The notes below the pieces were generated by a model. The model had not been told where the DNA came from, did not search any database, and saw only the letters and a program-made list of their open reading frames with translations. From assembly GCA_021650915.1 (NCBI GenBank), contig CP091279.1, forward strand, positions 2,910,001-2,942,000: a DNA stretch of 32,000 bases, written 5' to 3'. Positions 1 through 8,969 of this stretch are shown here, in pieces (within the stretch, counting starts at the first letter, position 1; every line of letters starts with the position of its first letter). A program made the translations under genes and the position numbers. The stretch is from Candidatus Brocadia sp. GTDB lineage: Bacteria > Planctomycetota > Brocadiia > Brocadiales > Brocadiaceae.

Positions 1-612
1 GCAGCCCTGGCAGGATTAGGGATCGACAATGTCGAAATCGAAATAACCGGCAGAGAGGTTCCGGCGGGAGACGGGAGTGCGCAATTTTTTGTAGACATTC
101 TGAAAAAGGCCGGAATTGTTGATCTGGGGGGAGCAAAGAAGATTTTTGTCGTTACAAAATCTCTAGCGGTTAAGAGCGAAAACGCAAGCATTCTGGCTGT
201 TCCCTGTGAAAAGGGGCTCGTGTTGTCATATACTTTGGATTTCAAAGGCCCTTTTCTCCCGCAGCAAACGTATGACATCACGTTTACAGAAGAAAGTTTT
301 TGCAGGGAAATTGCTCCGGCAAGGACGTTTGGATTAAGCACCTATATTGAAGAGTTCAGACAACTTGGTTTGGGAAAAGGGGTCACTGATGAGAATAGCG
401 TCATTGTGCATGAAGACGGCACGATGACAAAACCCATTTCTATGAAACCTGCAGAATTGCGATTCCCCAATGAACTGGTACGGCATAAAATCCTGGATCT
501 GATTGGTGATCTTTCTTTAGCTAATGTCGTGATACAGGGTCATATTATTGCAAAGAAGTCCGGACATTCGCTGAATGTTCAGCTGGCAAAAAAGATTGCA
601 AACAGTGCATAA
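1..612 (+). CDS. lpxC: UDP-3-O-acyl-N-acetylglucosamine deacetylase LpxC, C-terminal part (5' end lies outside the window)
   Basis: Frame 1 is open from base 1 (AALAGLGIDNVEIEITGREVPAGDGSA...) and runs into the listed ORF. The motifs ...FPNELVRHKILDLIGDLSL... and ...KKSGHSLN... are typical of the LpxC C-terminus. lpxA follows directly. Confidence 0.9.
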   Translation, partial: AALAGLGIDNVEIEITGREVPAGDGSAQFFVDILKKAGIVDLGGAKKIFVVTKSLAVKSENASILAVPCEKGLVLSYTLDFKGPFLPQQTYDITFTEESFCREIAPARTFGLSTYIEEFRQLGLGKGVTDENSVIVHEDGTMTKPISMKPAELRFPNELVRHKILDLIGDLSLANVVIQGHIIAKKSGHSLNVQLAKKIANSA

Positions 613-686
613 TCAAAAAAGAATCATTGCGGGTATAATAGAGACACGAAAAACCGTGGAAACACGCAACAAACGAGGGATGGAAA

Positions 687-1505
687 TTGAAGATTCATAG
701 ATCGGCTATTGTGCATCCCGATGCCCTTTTGGGCAAAGAGGTTGAGATTGGCCCTTTTAGTATCATCGGAAAAGCTGTTACTCTTGGGGACGGGACAATT
801 ATCAAGAACAACGTTACGGTAACCGGCAATACAATCATAGGGAAAAACAATATCATTCACCCTAACGCTGTATTAGGGGCAGAGCCGCAGGACCTGAAAT
901 ATCGCGGAGAGCAAACTTCTCTTATCATGGGCGACAATAATGTCGTCAGAGAAGGTGTAACCATTAACAAGGGGACGGCCGGGGGCGGAGAAAAAACGGT
1001 AATCGGCGATAATAATTTTTTTATGGCATGCTCACACATTGCACATGATTGCATTATCGAAGATCATGTACTTCTGGCAAATGGCGTGCTCCTGGGCGGA
1101 CATGTTGTGGTAGAAAGATGCGCCAAGCTGATGGGGCTTGTAGGCATACAACCCTTCGCGACGATCGGCCGACACGCTTATGTTGGAGGCCATACCCGGA
1201 TTGTTCAGGATGTCCCGCCGTATATGATTATCGAAGGCCATCCTGCAAAGATACGTCAGGTGAATGTCATTGGATTAGAGCGGGAAGGGTTTTCAAAAAC
1301 GCAAATCAGCGAGATCAAAGAGGCTTTTCGCAAAATATTTCGTTCCAGCGAATTGAACAAAAACCATCTCCTGGAAACCCTGGAAAAGAATGAAGATGTT
1401 TCTCCGGAGGTCAAATATCTGGTCGCCTTTCTGAGAAATAGTGATAAGGGTAAATTTGGAAGATATCGGGAATCTTTTCGCCACCCGACGGCAACAACAA
1501 CGTGA
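687..1505 (+). CDS. lpxA: acyl-ACP--UDP-N-acetylglucosamine O-acyltransferase LpxA (TTG start)
   Basis: Left-handed beta-helix hexapeptide repeats (IHRSAIVHPDALLGKEVEIGPFSIIG...). The LpxA core ...LKYRGE.T.L.IGDNN.IRE.VTI..GT... and the helical C-terminal domain are present. Sits next to lpxC. Confidence 0.9.
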   Translation: MKIHRSAIVHPDALLGKEVEIGPFSIIGKAVTLGDGTIIKNNVTVTGNTIIGKNNIIHPNAVLGAEPQDLKYRGEQTSLIMGDNNVVREGVTINKGTAGGGEKTVIGDNNFFMACSHIAHDCIIEDHVLLANGVLLGGHVVVERCAKLMGLVGIQPFATIGRHAYVGGHTRIVQDVPPYMIIEGHPAKIRQVNVIGLEREGFSKTQISEIKEAFRKIFRSSELNKNHLLETLEKNEDVSPEVKYLVAFLRNSDKGKFGRYRESFRHPTATTT

Positions 1506-2545
1506 TTATGTCTGACTTAAAGGTTGCAGTCATTGGTGTTGGTCATTTGGGAAAAGAGCATGCAAGGGTCTACACAGAATTGCCAGGGGTGTCGCTGGTT
1601 GGGGTTGTTGACATTCAACCTCAGCAAGCGGAAAAGATTGCACAACGATACCATACAAAATACTTTTCAAATTATCAGGAGGTGCTTGACCAGGCGGAGG
1701 CCGTAAGTATTGCCGTTCCCACAAAATCCCACTATGGTATAGCAAAAGATTGCCTTCAGCGGGGGATTCACGTCATAATCGAAAAACCCATGACAGGCAC
1801 CGTACAGGAGGCGAGAGAATTAATCGCCCTGAGCAAAGCAAAAGGAGTGGTGCTTCAGGCAGGATATATTGAACGTTTTAACCCTGCGCTGGATGCAATA
1901 AAAAAACTCTCCATCAACCCCCGCTTTATCGAATGCCACCGGTTAAGTCCGTTTACCTTTCGTTCCGCTGATATTGGGGTGGTGCTTGATCTGATGATCC
2001 ACGATATTGATATCCTTCTGCACATAACGGGGTCTAAGGTAAAAAAATTTGATGCCGTGGGGGTAAATGTCATCTCTGACAAAGAGGATATTGCAAACGT
2101 CCGTATTCAATTTCAAAATGGCTGTGTAGCGAATGTTACTGCAAGCAGGGTATCAATTGCCTCGATGCGGAAGATGAGATTATTCTCCGAGGATTCATAT
2201 ATTTCTATTGATTATCAGAAACGGGATGCATTAATATATAAAAAATCACCCAAGCTGACGTTAAAAGCCTTAAACTTTTCTGAAATGGATGTTTCGACCA
2301 TTGCGGATTTGAAAAGCTACGTGTTTGGTGACCTGTTGAAAGTAGAGCATATAAAAATGGATGATTGTGAACCCCTGAAAAAGGAACTCAGCTCTTTTGT
2401 GGATTGTGTTGTGGGACGCAAAGAGCCTGTTGTTTCCGGCGAAGAAGGGTTAAAGGCTATCGAAGTCGCAAATGATATTGTATGCGAGATAGAAAAAAAT
2501 CTCAAATTAGTCCACAATGCAAAGAGTAGGGAGGATACATTATGA
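1502..2545 (+). CDS. Gfo/Idh/MocA-family NAD(P)-dependent oxidoreductase (possibly a GnnA-like sugar-nucleotide dehydrogenase)
   Basis: N-terminal Rossmann motif KVAVIGVGHLGKEH, EKPM motif and C-terminal alpha/beta domain. The GTG at 1502 overlaps the lpxA stop (GTGA); ATG at 1508 is an alternative start. Confidence 0.85.
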   Translation: MIMSDLKVAVIGVGHLGKEHARVYTELPGVSLVGVVDIQPQQAEKIAQRYHTKYFSNYQEVLDQAEAVSIAVPTKSHYGIAKDCLQRGIHVIIEKPMTGTVQEARELIALSKAKGVVLQAGYIERFNPALDAIKKLSINPRFIECHRLSPFTFRSADIGVVLDLMIHDIDILLHITGSKVKKFDAVGVNVISDKEDIANVRIQFQNGCVANVTASRVSIASMRKMRLFSEDSYISIDYQKRDALIYKKSPKLTLKALNFSEMDVSTIADLKSYVFGDLLKVEHIKMDDCEPLKKELSSFVDCVVGRKEPVVSGEEGLKAIEVANDIVCEIEKNLKLVHNAKSREDTL

Positions 2546-3783
2546 CATCATTTGATTTTTTACATATCGACGCTGAGATTCGTGAAGGAAAAATTGTTGG
2601 AAGGGCCGGAGGGGTATTGGGCAGCCTGTTACAGCCTTACGTGGACCAGTTTTTTGAAAAGATTAATTCCCTGAAGGTAATCGCCAAGATAAATGGTATG
2701 CAAGTCTATAACCTTTATAATCCGCCGTTTCCCAGTCAGGCAGGCATGAGATTCCTCGAGCGGAAGTTGAGAATGATGCTGCATAAGATGGCCTTCCCTG
2801 TTACCGCGAATTTAGCCATTACCCACAAGTGCCAGTGTCAGTGTATTCATTGCAGCGCTGACCCCTTTATCGACCCTGCCAAAAAAGAGCTTACGGTTGA
2901 GGAAATAAAGACCGTGGTTGACGGGGCGTTAGATCTTGGCGCAAGCCTTATTATCTATGTGGGCGGAGAACCTCTGCTTCGCGAAGAACTTTACGACCTC
3001 ATTCACTACGTAGATAAAACCAAGGCAATCCCCATGATATTCACCAATGGATTGCTCCTCACCGAAGAAAATGTCAGAAGACTTGCTCAGGCAGGATTGT
3101 TTTCCTTGAATATCTCCATCGATAGCAGTGAACCTGAATTACATAACGAATTCCGGGCAGTGCCTGGGTGTTATCAGAAGGCATTCGAAGGGGCAGAACG
3201 CTGCCGCAAAGCGGGCATCCTGACGGGTATTTCTACCTATGCAACCAGTGAGAGCATCAAGACGGGAAAAGTTGAAAAACTGCTTAAGATCGCCCAGGAT
3301 CAGGGGTTTTCAGAGGTAACGATCTTTGATTGTATTCCGTCAGGCCGGTTCTTAAAGGACACCTCGAAGATATTAACGGCAGAAGACCGGAAACAACTAA
3401 TTGCGCTGACAAAGAAGTACCATGAAATGGAACACCCCATGGGAATTAATTGCATGTCCATTATCAATTCGCCACGGGGAGTGGGTTGTTACGGGGCACA
3501 GTCCCAATTTTATATGACGGCATACGGCGATATCAATCCTTGCGATTTCAATCCGATTAACTTTGGGAACGTGCGCGAAATGTCCATTCAGGAAATATGG
3601 AAGAAGATGGTCACACACCCTGACTTCAGTAAACGATACCCCACATGCCGTATGCAAAGCAAGGCATACCGGAAGAAATATATCGATCCGCTTCCTAAAA
3701 ATGTGCGGTTGCCGGTGAAAATAGAGGATATTGCGCCTATCGAACTTGCCGATCAGGAAATTACCCTTGCCGGGGTAAGATAG
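2542..3783 (+). CDS. radical SAM protein with a twitch/SPASM-like C-terminal region
   Basis: CxxxCxxC at aa 97-104 (CQCQCIHC). GGEPLL motif. The C-terminal region GVGCYG...GDINPCDF...PTC resembles an auxiliary-cluster domain. The ATG at 2542 overlaps the upstream stop (ATGA), with GGGAGG 7 nt upstream. Confidence 0.85.
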   Translation: MTSFDFLHIDAEIREGKIVGRAGGVLGSLLQPYVDQFFEKINSLKVIAKINGMQVYNLYNPPFPSQAGMRFLERKLRMMLHKMAFPVTANLAITHKCQCQCIHCSADPFIDPAKKELTVEEIKTVVDGALDLGASLIIYVGGEPLLREELYDLIHYVDKTKAIPMIFTNGLLLTEENVRRLAQAGLFSLNISIDSSEPELHNEFRAVPGCYQKAFEGAERCRKAGILTGISTYATSESIKTGKVEKLLKIAQDQGFSEVTIFDCIPSGRFLKDTSKILTAEDRKQLIALTKKYHEMEHPMGINCMSIINSPRGVGCYGAQSQFYMTAYGDINPCDFNPINFGNVREMSIQEIWKKMVTHPDFSKRYPTCRMQSKAYRKKYIDPLPKNVRLPVKIEDIAPIELADQEITLAGVR

Positions 3784-3818
3784 TTTTTAGCACTCTTATC
3801 ATTATAGGGAGGGAAAAT

Positions 3819-4049
3819 ATGGGCAACGAAATTCTCATCACAAAGAAAATGAGCACGGGAGAGGTAACCAAAAAATATCCCGCAACAAAAGCAGTTTTTA
3901 CAAAATATTTCGGGAAAGGATGCTTCGATTGTCCTTCTTTTGGCACAGAAGATATCAACCTTGCCTGCATGATGCATAACACGGATGTTGATAAATTCGT
4001 AAAGGAATTAAACGAAGCAGCTCAAAAAGAGACAAGCAAGACTCCGTAA
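3819..4049 (+). CDS. DUF1858-type small redox-disulfide protein (hybrid-cluster-protein-associated family)
   Basis: 76 aa. ...ITKKMSTGEVTKKYPATKAVFTKYFGKGCFDCPSFGTEDINLACMMHNTDVDKFVKELN matches the DUF1858 pattern, including the CxxC. GGGAGGG Shine-Dalgarno (SD) sequence upstream. Confidence 0.7.
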   Translation: MGNEILITKKMSTGEVTKKYPATKAVFTKYFGKGCFDCPSFGTEDINLACMMHNTDVDKFVKELNEAAQKETSKTP

Positions 4050-4179
4050 GAGGCCGTGTAACCTCTCATCGTTCTCGCAGCGAGGCCTTGTCATTTAGGA
4101 TGACAGGAGAAATGTCTCTGCCACTGTGAAATAGTATTGGCCATTGCACGAATCTTCTATAAGGAGGTCAACACATACC

Positions 4180-4482
4180 TTGGAACCGATATTCTTGGAA
4201 GAAAAGATAAAATTTAACAAAGACCATTTTATTCCAAATATTCTTTACGCTTCGCCAAAAGTAAAGATGCCCCTTATTTGCTTGGAACCAGGACAAGAAA
4301 TCCCGCCGCATGGAGGACATAGTGTGGGTATTTTTTATGTAAAAGAAGGAAAAGGCATATTCACCCTCGATAATAAGAAAATTGATATGAAAAAAGATAT
4401 GGTTATTATTGCTCCCGAAGGAGCAACAAGGGGTATGCAATGTATCGAAAGAATGGTTGTTTTGGCAATCAGCGTGGGATAA
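4180..4482 (+). CDS. small cupin-domain protein (start uncertain: TTG 4180 after AAGGAGG at 4161-4167, or TTG 4144 as in the ORF track)
   Basis: Cupin motif ...PGQEIPPHGGHSVGIFYVKEGKGIF...DMVIIAPEG... Confidence 0.65.
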   Translation: MEPIFLEEKIKFNKDHFIPNILYASPKVKMPLICLEPGQEIPPHGGHSVGIFYVKEGKGIFTLDNKKIDMKKDMVIIAPEGATRGMQCIERMVVLAISVG

Positions 4483-4505
4483 ATACGTGAAAAAAAGGGA
4501 GAGAC

Positions 4506-4742
4506 ATGAATAAGACACAGCCAGTGGTTCTCGATGTAAGAAATATTGTACCGCGAGAAAGACATCCAAAAATATTCAATACCTTTGATGCCCTGAAAAA
4601 AGGAGAGATGATGATTCTGATCAATGATCATGATCCAAAACCTTTAAAGTACCAGCTAGACGCAGAACGAAGCGGTCAATTGGAATGGAAATACGTTGAA
4701 CAAGGTCCCGAAGTTTGGAAAGTAGAAATAACAAAAAAATAA
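4506..4742 (+). CDS. DUF2249-domain protein
   Basis: 78 aa. VLDVRNIVPRERHPKIFNTFDALKKGEMMILINDHDPKPLKYQL...WKYVEQGPEVWKVEI is the DUF2249 pattern. GGGAGAG SD upstream. Confidence 0.7.
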   Translation: MNKTQPVVLDVRNIVPRERHPKIFNTFDALKKGEMMILINDHDPKPLKYQLDAERSGQLEWKYVEQGPEVWKVEITKK

Positions 4743-4827
4743 GACGGCAATACGGCCCACCCTGAATGTTTTGAATGTATGGTGTGTATTCTGAATCAAC
4801 CGTGATTAAAGAAAAGGAGAAAAGGAT

Positions 4828-6504
4828 ATGAGCAAAGGGATAAAACTTACGATCTCTTTGGGCGCACTTGCCCTGTTTGGTTGTATCCAGCTTGGTTGCG
4901 AACAAGCGGCGGTGAAAAAAGCTGAAGTCCCTGCAATCAAACAGGGGGAAGAAAAGGAAGGTTCCGCAAAACCATTGGAAGAGCTAAAGCCGGCGGCTTC
5001 TGTTCCTGAAATGCAAAAGGAGGCGAAAGCTCCCTGCCCGGTAAAAAAAGATGAAATGGCTTCCCACCCGAAAGACAAGAGGACCATTCAGCAAATTATT
5101 TCTGAGATAACGGGAGAAAAAATGGGCGCTGATAATTCGGGAGACCTGTATCATGCCGGCTTAACAGCAAGTTATACACCACCAGAAGAGATTCTCCCCG
5201 GTGAGGGTAAGTTCGGAAAACTGTTTGGATTTTTGCCTTTAATGAGATGGTACGATCCCGATCACTACTATACGCCAAATATGAACGTTGCCGGGGAATT
5301 TAAGCATGAAGAGTGTGTCATGTGCCATACGGTACAGACGCCTGGCATTGTTGCACAATGGAAAAAGAGCAAGCATGCATCCACGGATAAAGGTGTTGTG
5401 GGATGCGATAAGTGCCACGGGAATAATCATCAGCAACTCTACATGCCTTCCTGGAAGCATTGTGGCGAGTGTCATCCTGAACAACAAGCAGGTCACCGTG
5501 CCGGTAAGATTGGGTCACACACGCATGCATTCCATGTAAGTGTAATAGAAGCCCCCTGGCAGATTGCAAAACCAGCAGCTGAGGTAACAGCCTGTGCCAC
5601 CTGTCATGGCATAGCTGAAAACCGGTGTGACGGGTGCCATACGAGACACGACTTTTCCGTGGCCGAAGCAAGAAAACCCAATAACTGCGGTATCTGCCAT
5701 ACAGGACTCGATCACTATGAATATGAGATGTACAGAGAGTCATATCACGGAATGATTTATGAAACCGAACAGCATACCTGGGATTGGACAAAACCCATGA
5801 AACCGGCTAACTATAAAACCCCCACGTGTGCATATTGTCATATGAAAGATGGCGAACATAACGCACAAAAGGCATCAACGATCAACAGCCACATGGGCAC
5901 GTCTCTCGTGGATCGCGGGGCGCCAAAATTTAAGGAGGCACGGCAAAACTGGATAAACACATGCAAAGGCTGTCATTCACCCAGATTTGCCACAGACCAA
6001 TTAGACGCAATGGATGAGGCCGTAAAGGTCAGCTTTACCAAGTGGCGCGAGGCCATGAAGATTGTAGTTGACCTTTACAACGAGGGAATGCTGGATCCCA
6101 TGCCCAGCGATCTGGCCCCTGACTATGCGGGACACTACACTTTTAGTCTGCTTGGCGGCGAGGGCAGGATGTACAACGTCTCTGACCTGGAACGCACCTC
6201 ATTTGAGATGCTGGTCTATATAACCAACGCGGTATACAAGGCCATGGCTCACGGGGCTATGTATGGAGCCACCTACGGGAAGGGCGCCTTCCTGCAGGAC
6301 CGTTGGCTTATCCAGATCAAGGCTGAGGCCAGCCGGCTGAGGAGGATCAAGGCTCTTGAGAATCAGGTCGGTATACAACACAAGGCATACGACTTCTGGA
6401 AACACGGTGAGTATACGGATCTGCTCTTAGGCTGGAAGAGAAAGCCAGGCGACGTAGATAAGTCAAAGTGTATGCATGAGGGAGAAAATTGCCTGGCTGA
6501 ATAA
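4828..6504 (+). CDS. octahaem hydroxylamine-oxidoreductase-like cytochrome c (HAO family), probable lipoprotein
   Basis: Eight CxxCH motifs in HAO order (CVMCH, CDKCH, CGECH, CATCH, CDGCH, CGICH, CAYCH, CKGCH), including CGICHTGLDHYEYEMYRESYHG. N-terminus is MSKGIKLTISLGALALFGC, a lipobox-like signal. Confidence 0.9.
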   Translation: MSKGIKLTISLGALALFGCIQLGCEQAAVKKAEVPAIKQGEEKEGSAKPLEELKPAASVPEMQKEAKAPCPVKKDEMASHPKDKRTIQQIISEITGEKMGADNSGDLYHAGLTASYTPPEEILPGEGKFGKLFGFLPLMRWYDPDHYYTPNMNVAGEFKHEECVMCHTVQTPGIVAQWKKSKHASTDKGVVGCDKCHGNNHQQLYMPSWKHCGECHPEQQAGHRAGKIGSHTHAFHVSVIEAPWQIAKPAAEVTACATCHGIAENRCDGCHTRHDFSVAEARKPNNCGICHTGLDHYEYEMYRESYHGMIYETEQHTWDWTKPMKPANYKTPTCAYCHMKDGEHNAQKASTINSHMGTSLVDRGAPKFKEARQNWINTCKGCHSPRFATDQLDAMDEAVKVSFTKWREAMKIVVDLYNEGMLDPMPSDLAPDYAGHYTFSLLGGEGRMYNVSDLERTSFEMLVYITNAVYKAMAHGAMYGATYGKGAFLQDRWLIQIKAEASRLRRIKALENQVGIQHKAYDFWKHGEYTDLLLGWKRKPGDVDKSKCMHEGENCLAE

Positions 6505-6540
6505 GTTTTCAAAAGGACACATTGTTAGAAAATGAACAAA

Positions 6541-6582
6541 AAGGCTTAATCCGTTTTTTGGGTTAAGCCTTTTTTCTTTTTT
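6541..6582. terminator. intrinsic terminator hairpin, possibly bidirectional, between convergent HAO-like and uvrD genes
   Basis: Stem aaggcttaa (6541-6549) pairs with ttaagcctt (6563-6571). It is followed by a T-run (6571-6582) and preceded by an A-run. Confidence 0.6.
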
Positions 6583-6712
6583 ACTTCAACAACAATGTTT
6601 TTTCCCCTGTCGTTACCATCGAAGAATATCTGGTTTCCCTCTGCTGTACATGAAGAAATCGCATGCAAACCCAAAATGCGCGGTATGAATTTATTGCTCT
6701 TCCGTATGTTTT

Positions 6713-8920
6713 TTATTTTACCCGTTCCAGTTTTGCATATGCCAGCATGAGATGCTTTATTCCGCCAATATTAAAATTAACTTTAACGCTTGCTTTGTCA
6801 TTGCTGCCGGAGACCTCCAGGATCCTTCCCAGGCCAAAGAGGGGGTGTCTGACCACTTCTCCGCATGAAAAGGCCATGGCGACTTCTTTTGCCGGAACGC
6901 ATGGAGAACTGTCAATAACGCTCTCTGAATGAACGGCCAACGGCATTTCATACGCCACCCCGCTGCCGGTGTTGTTGTTATAAGGATGATAAGCATACTG
7001 CCGGTTAGTCCTGTCAATCTTCTCTACAATTTCATCTGGTATCTCATCCAAAAACCTGGAGGGACGACACATATTCAACTGTCCGTATTGCATCCTGCGC
7101 CTGGCGTGGGTAAGGAAGAGCTTATTCATGGCCCGTGTGATTCCCACGTAACAAAGCCTTCTTTCCTCCTCAATCTCATCATCCACATCGTTCGATTCAA
7201 CATGGGGCAATAACCCCTCCTCCATGCCGGTAAGAAAGACCACGGGGAATTCCAATCCCTTAGCCGTATGGAGTGTCATGAGGGTGACCGCTTCAGCGGT
7301 TTCCTCCAGTTCATCCGCGTCGGAAACGAGCGCCACCTCTTCCAGAAATCCTTGCAGGGTTCCCTCTGAATAGCACATATCATATTCATGGGCGGCATTG
7401 ACCAGTTCTTCCACGTTGGCAATGCGGTCCTTCGATTCCGCCGCCCCTGATTCACGGAGATAGGCGAAATAGTTTGTCTTTTCAATCACCCGTTTAATGA
7501 GGCCTTCAACCGGAGATCGGGGAATTTGCTGGAAACCAGAGACAAGCTCAAAAAACCTTTTGATGGATAGGGCTGTTTTGCCCGTAATTTCAGGTATTGC
7601 GTCAACCTGTCGCACGGCGTCAAACAGGGTAGTATCGTGATTTGTCGCCCAGTCTTCCAGTTTTTTCATCGTCGTACTGCCAATACCGCGCGACGGCGTG
7701 TTGATTGTGCGTTCCAATGCCACCTCATCATGCGGATTGACGCAAAGTCGTAAGTAGGAAAGGATGTCTTTTATCTCCTTCCTTTGATAAAATTCAACGC
7801 CCCCGATGATGGTATACGGAATGCCGGAGTTTCTCAGGGAGATTTCCAGGACGCGCGACTGGGCGTTGGTGCGGTAAAATAACGCTATGTCCGAATACCG
7901 GATACCCTCCTTCGTGAGTTCCCGTATCTCTTGTGCAATCTCGTCGGCCTCTCCGTACTCATTCTCGCAGGAAAGCACCCGGAGTTTTTCTCCCGCCGCG
8001 TTTTCTGTCCAAAGAAGCTTCTGTTTCCGGTATTTGTTCTGCTGGATGACGCTGGAAGCTGCATGCAGGATATGCTTCGTGGAACGGTAATTCTGTTCGA
8101 GAAACACCACCCTGGCGTCGGGGTAGTCCTTCTCAAAATCCATGATATTCCTGATATCAGCCCCGCGCCAGCCGTAGATAGACTGATCGGGGTCGCCCGT
8201 TACACAAATATTTCTGTATCGGTTGGCCAGAAGCCGGGTGATGGTATACTGAGAATAGTTCGTGTCCTGGTATTCATCGATGAGGATAAACCGGAACTTA
8301 TCCTGGTACATTTCCAAGATGTCAGGGTGCGTCTTAAAAAGCTCGATGGTCTTTATGAGGAGATCGTCAAAGTCCAGGGCGTTGTTCGCCTTCAGCAGGG
8401 TTTGATATTTTTGATAAATTCTGGCGACCGTCTGATTATAATAACCCGAAGCGGTTGAGGTAAAAGTTCCGGAATCAATAAGTTTATTTTTGGCGTTGCT
8501 GATGGAACTTACAATCGCGCGGGGTTTCCACTGGGTGGTATCCAGCTGGAACTCGGCCATAATGGCCTTGACACGGTTCAGCTGGTCGGTTGTGTCATAG
8601 ATGCTGAAGTCCCGTGAATATCCGAGCCGGTCGATGGCGCTTCTCAGAATTCGCGCACACATCTTGTGGAACGTTGAGACCCAAAGCCCCTTGTGTGAAG
8701 AAAACTGCTGTATCCGCTCATCCATCTCGTTGGCCGCTTTATTGGTAAACGTAATCGCCAGGATATTGTACGGTTTTACGCCCTGTGACATCAGATAGCC
8801 AATGCGGCGGGTAATCACACGGGTTTTTCCGCTGCCAGCCCCTGCCACCACCAGGAGGGGGCCTTCGACGTGGGTAATAGCCTCACGCTGCTTGTCGGTA
8901 ACGTCATGTAGAAGTGACAT
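6713..8920 (-). CDS. uvrD: ATP-dependent DNA helicase, UvrD/PcrA family
   Basis: Walker A AGAGSGKT. Helicase motifs TFTNKAANEM, DEYQDTN, GDPDQSIYGWRGA, QNYRS, TLHTAKGLEF and YVGITRA, plus a C-terminal Tudor-like tail. Confidence 0.92.
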   Translation of the reverse strand: MSLLHDVTDKQREAITHVEGPLLVVAGAGSGKTRVITRRIGYLMSQGVKPYNILAITFTNKAANEMDERIQQFSSHKGLWVSTFHKMCARILRSAIDRLGYSRDFSIYDTTDQLNRVKAIMAEFQLDTTQWKPRAIVSSISNAKNKLIDSGTFTSTASGYYNQTVARIYQKYQTLLKANNALDFDDLLIKTIELFKTHPDILEMYQDKFRFILIDEYQDTNYSQYTITRLLANRYRNICVTGDPDQSIYGWRGADIRNIMDFEKDYPDARVVFLEQNYRSTKHILHAASSVIQQNKYRKQKLLWTENAAGEKLRVLSCENEYGEADEIAQEIRELTKEGIRYSDIALFYRTNAQSRVLEISLRNSGIPYTIIGGVEFYQRKEIKDILSYLRLCVNPHDEVALERTINTPSRGIGSTTMKKLEDWATNHDTTLFDAVRQVDAIPEITGKTALSIKRFFELVSGFQQIPRSPVEGLIKRVIEKTNYFAYLRESGAAESKDRIANVEELVNAAHEYDMCYSEGTLQGFLEEVALVSDADELEETAEAVTLMTLHTAKGLEFPVVFLTGMEEGLLPHVESNDVDDEIEEERRLCYVGITRAMNKLFLTHARRRMQYGQLNMCRPSRFLDEIPDEIVEKIDRTNRQYAYHPYNNNTGSGVAYEMPLAVHSESVIDSSPCVPAKEVAMAFSCGEVVRHPLFGLGRILEVSGSNDKASVKVNFNIGGIKHLMLAYAKLERVK

Positions 8921-8969
8921 AATATCAGATTTATCTTTGCAAATGAGTCAAGTTTTAAAAAGAATTACC

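Noticed and set aside
7931-8458. 175-aa plus-strand ORF inside uvrD. Similar long antisense ORFs occur at 5318-5791 (inside HAO), 10578-11177 (inside purD), 9514-9981 (inside the methyltransferase) and 25487-25981.
   Set aside because: All lie fully antisense to genes with strong family signatures. Their products are low-complexity or Arg/Ser/Pro-rich with no motifs or SD sequences. This is the typical shadow-ORF pattern.
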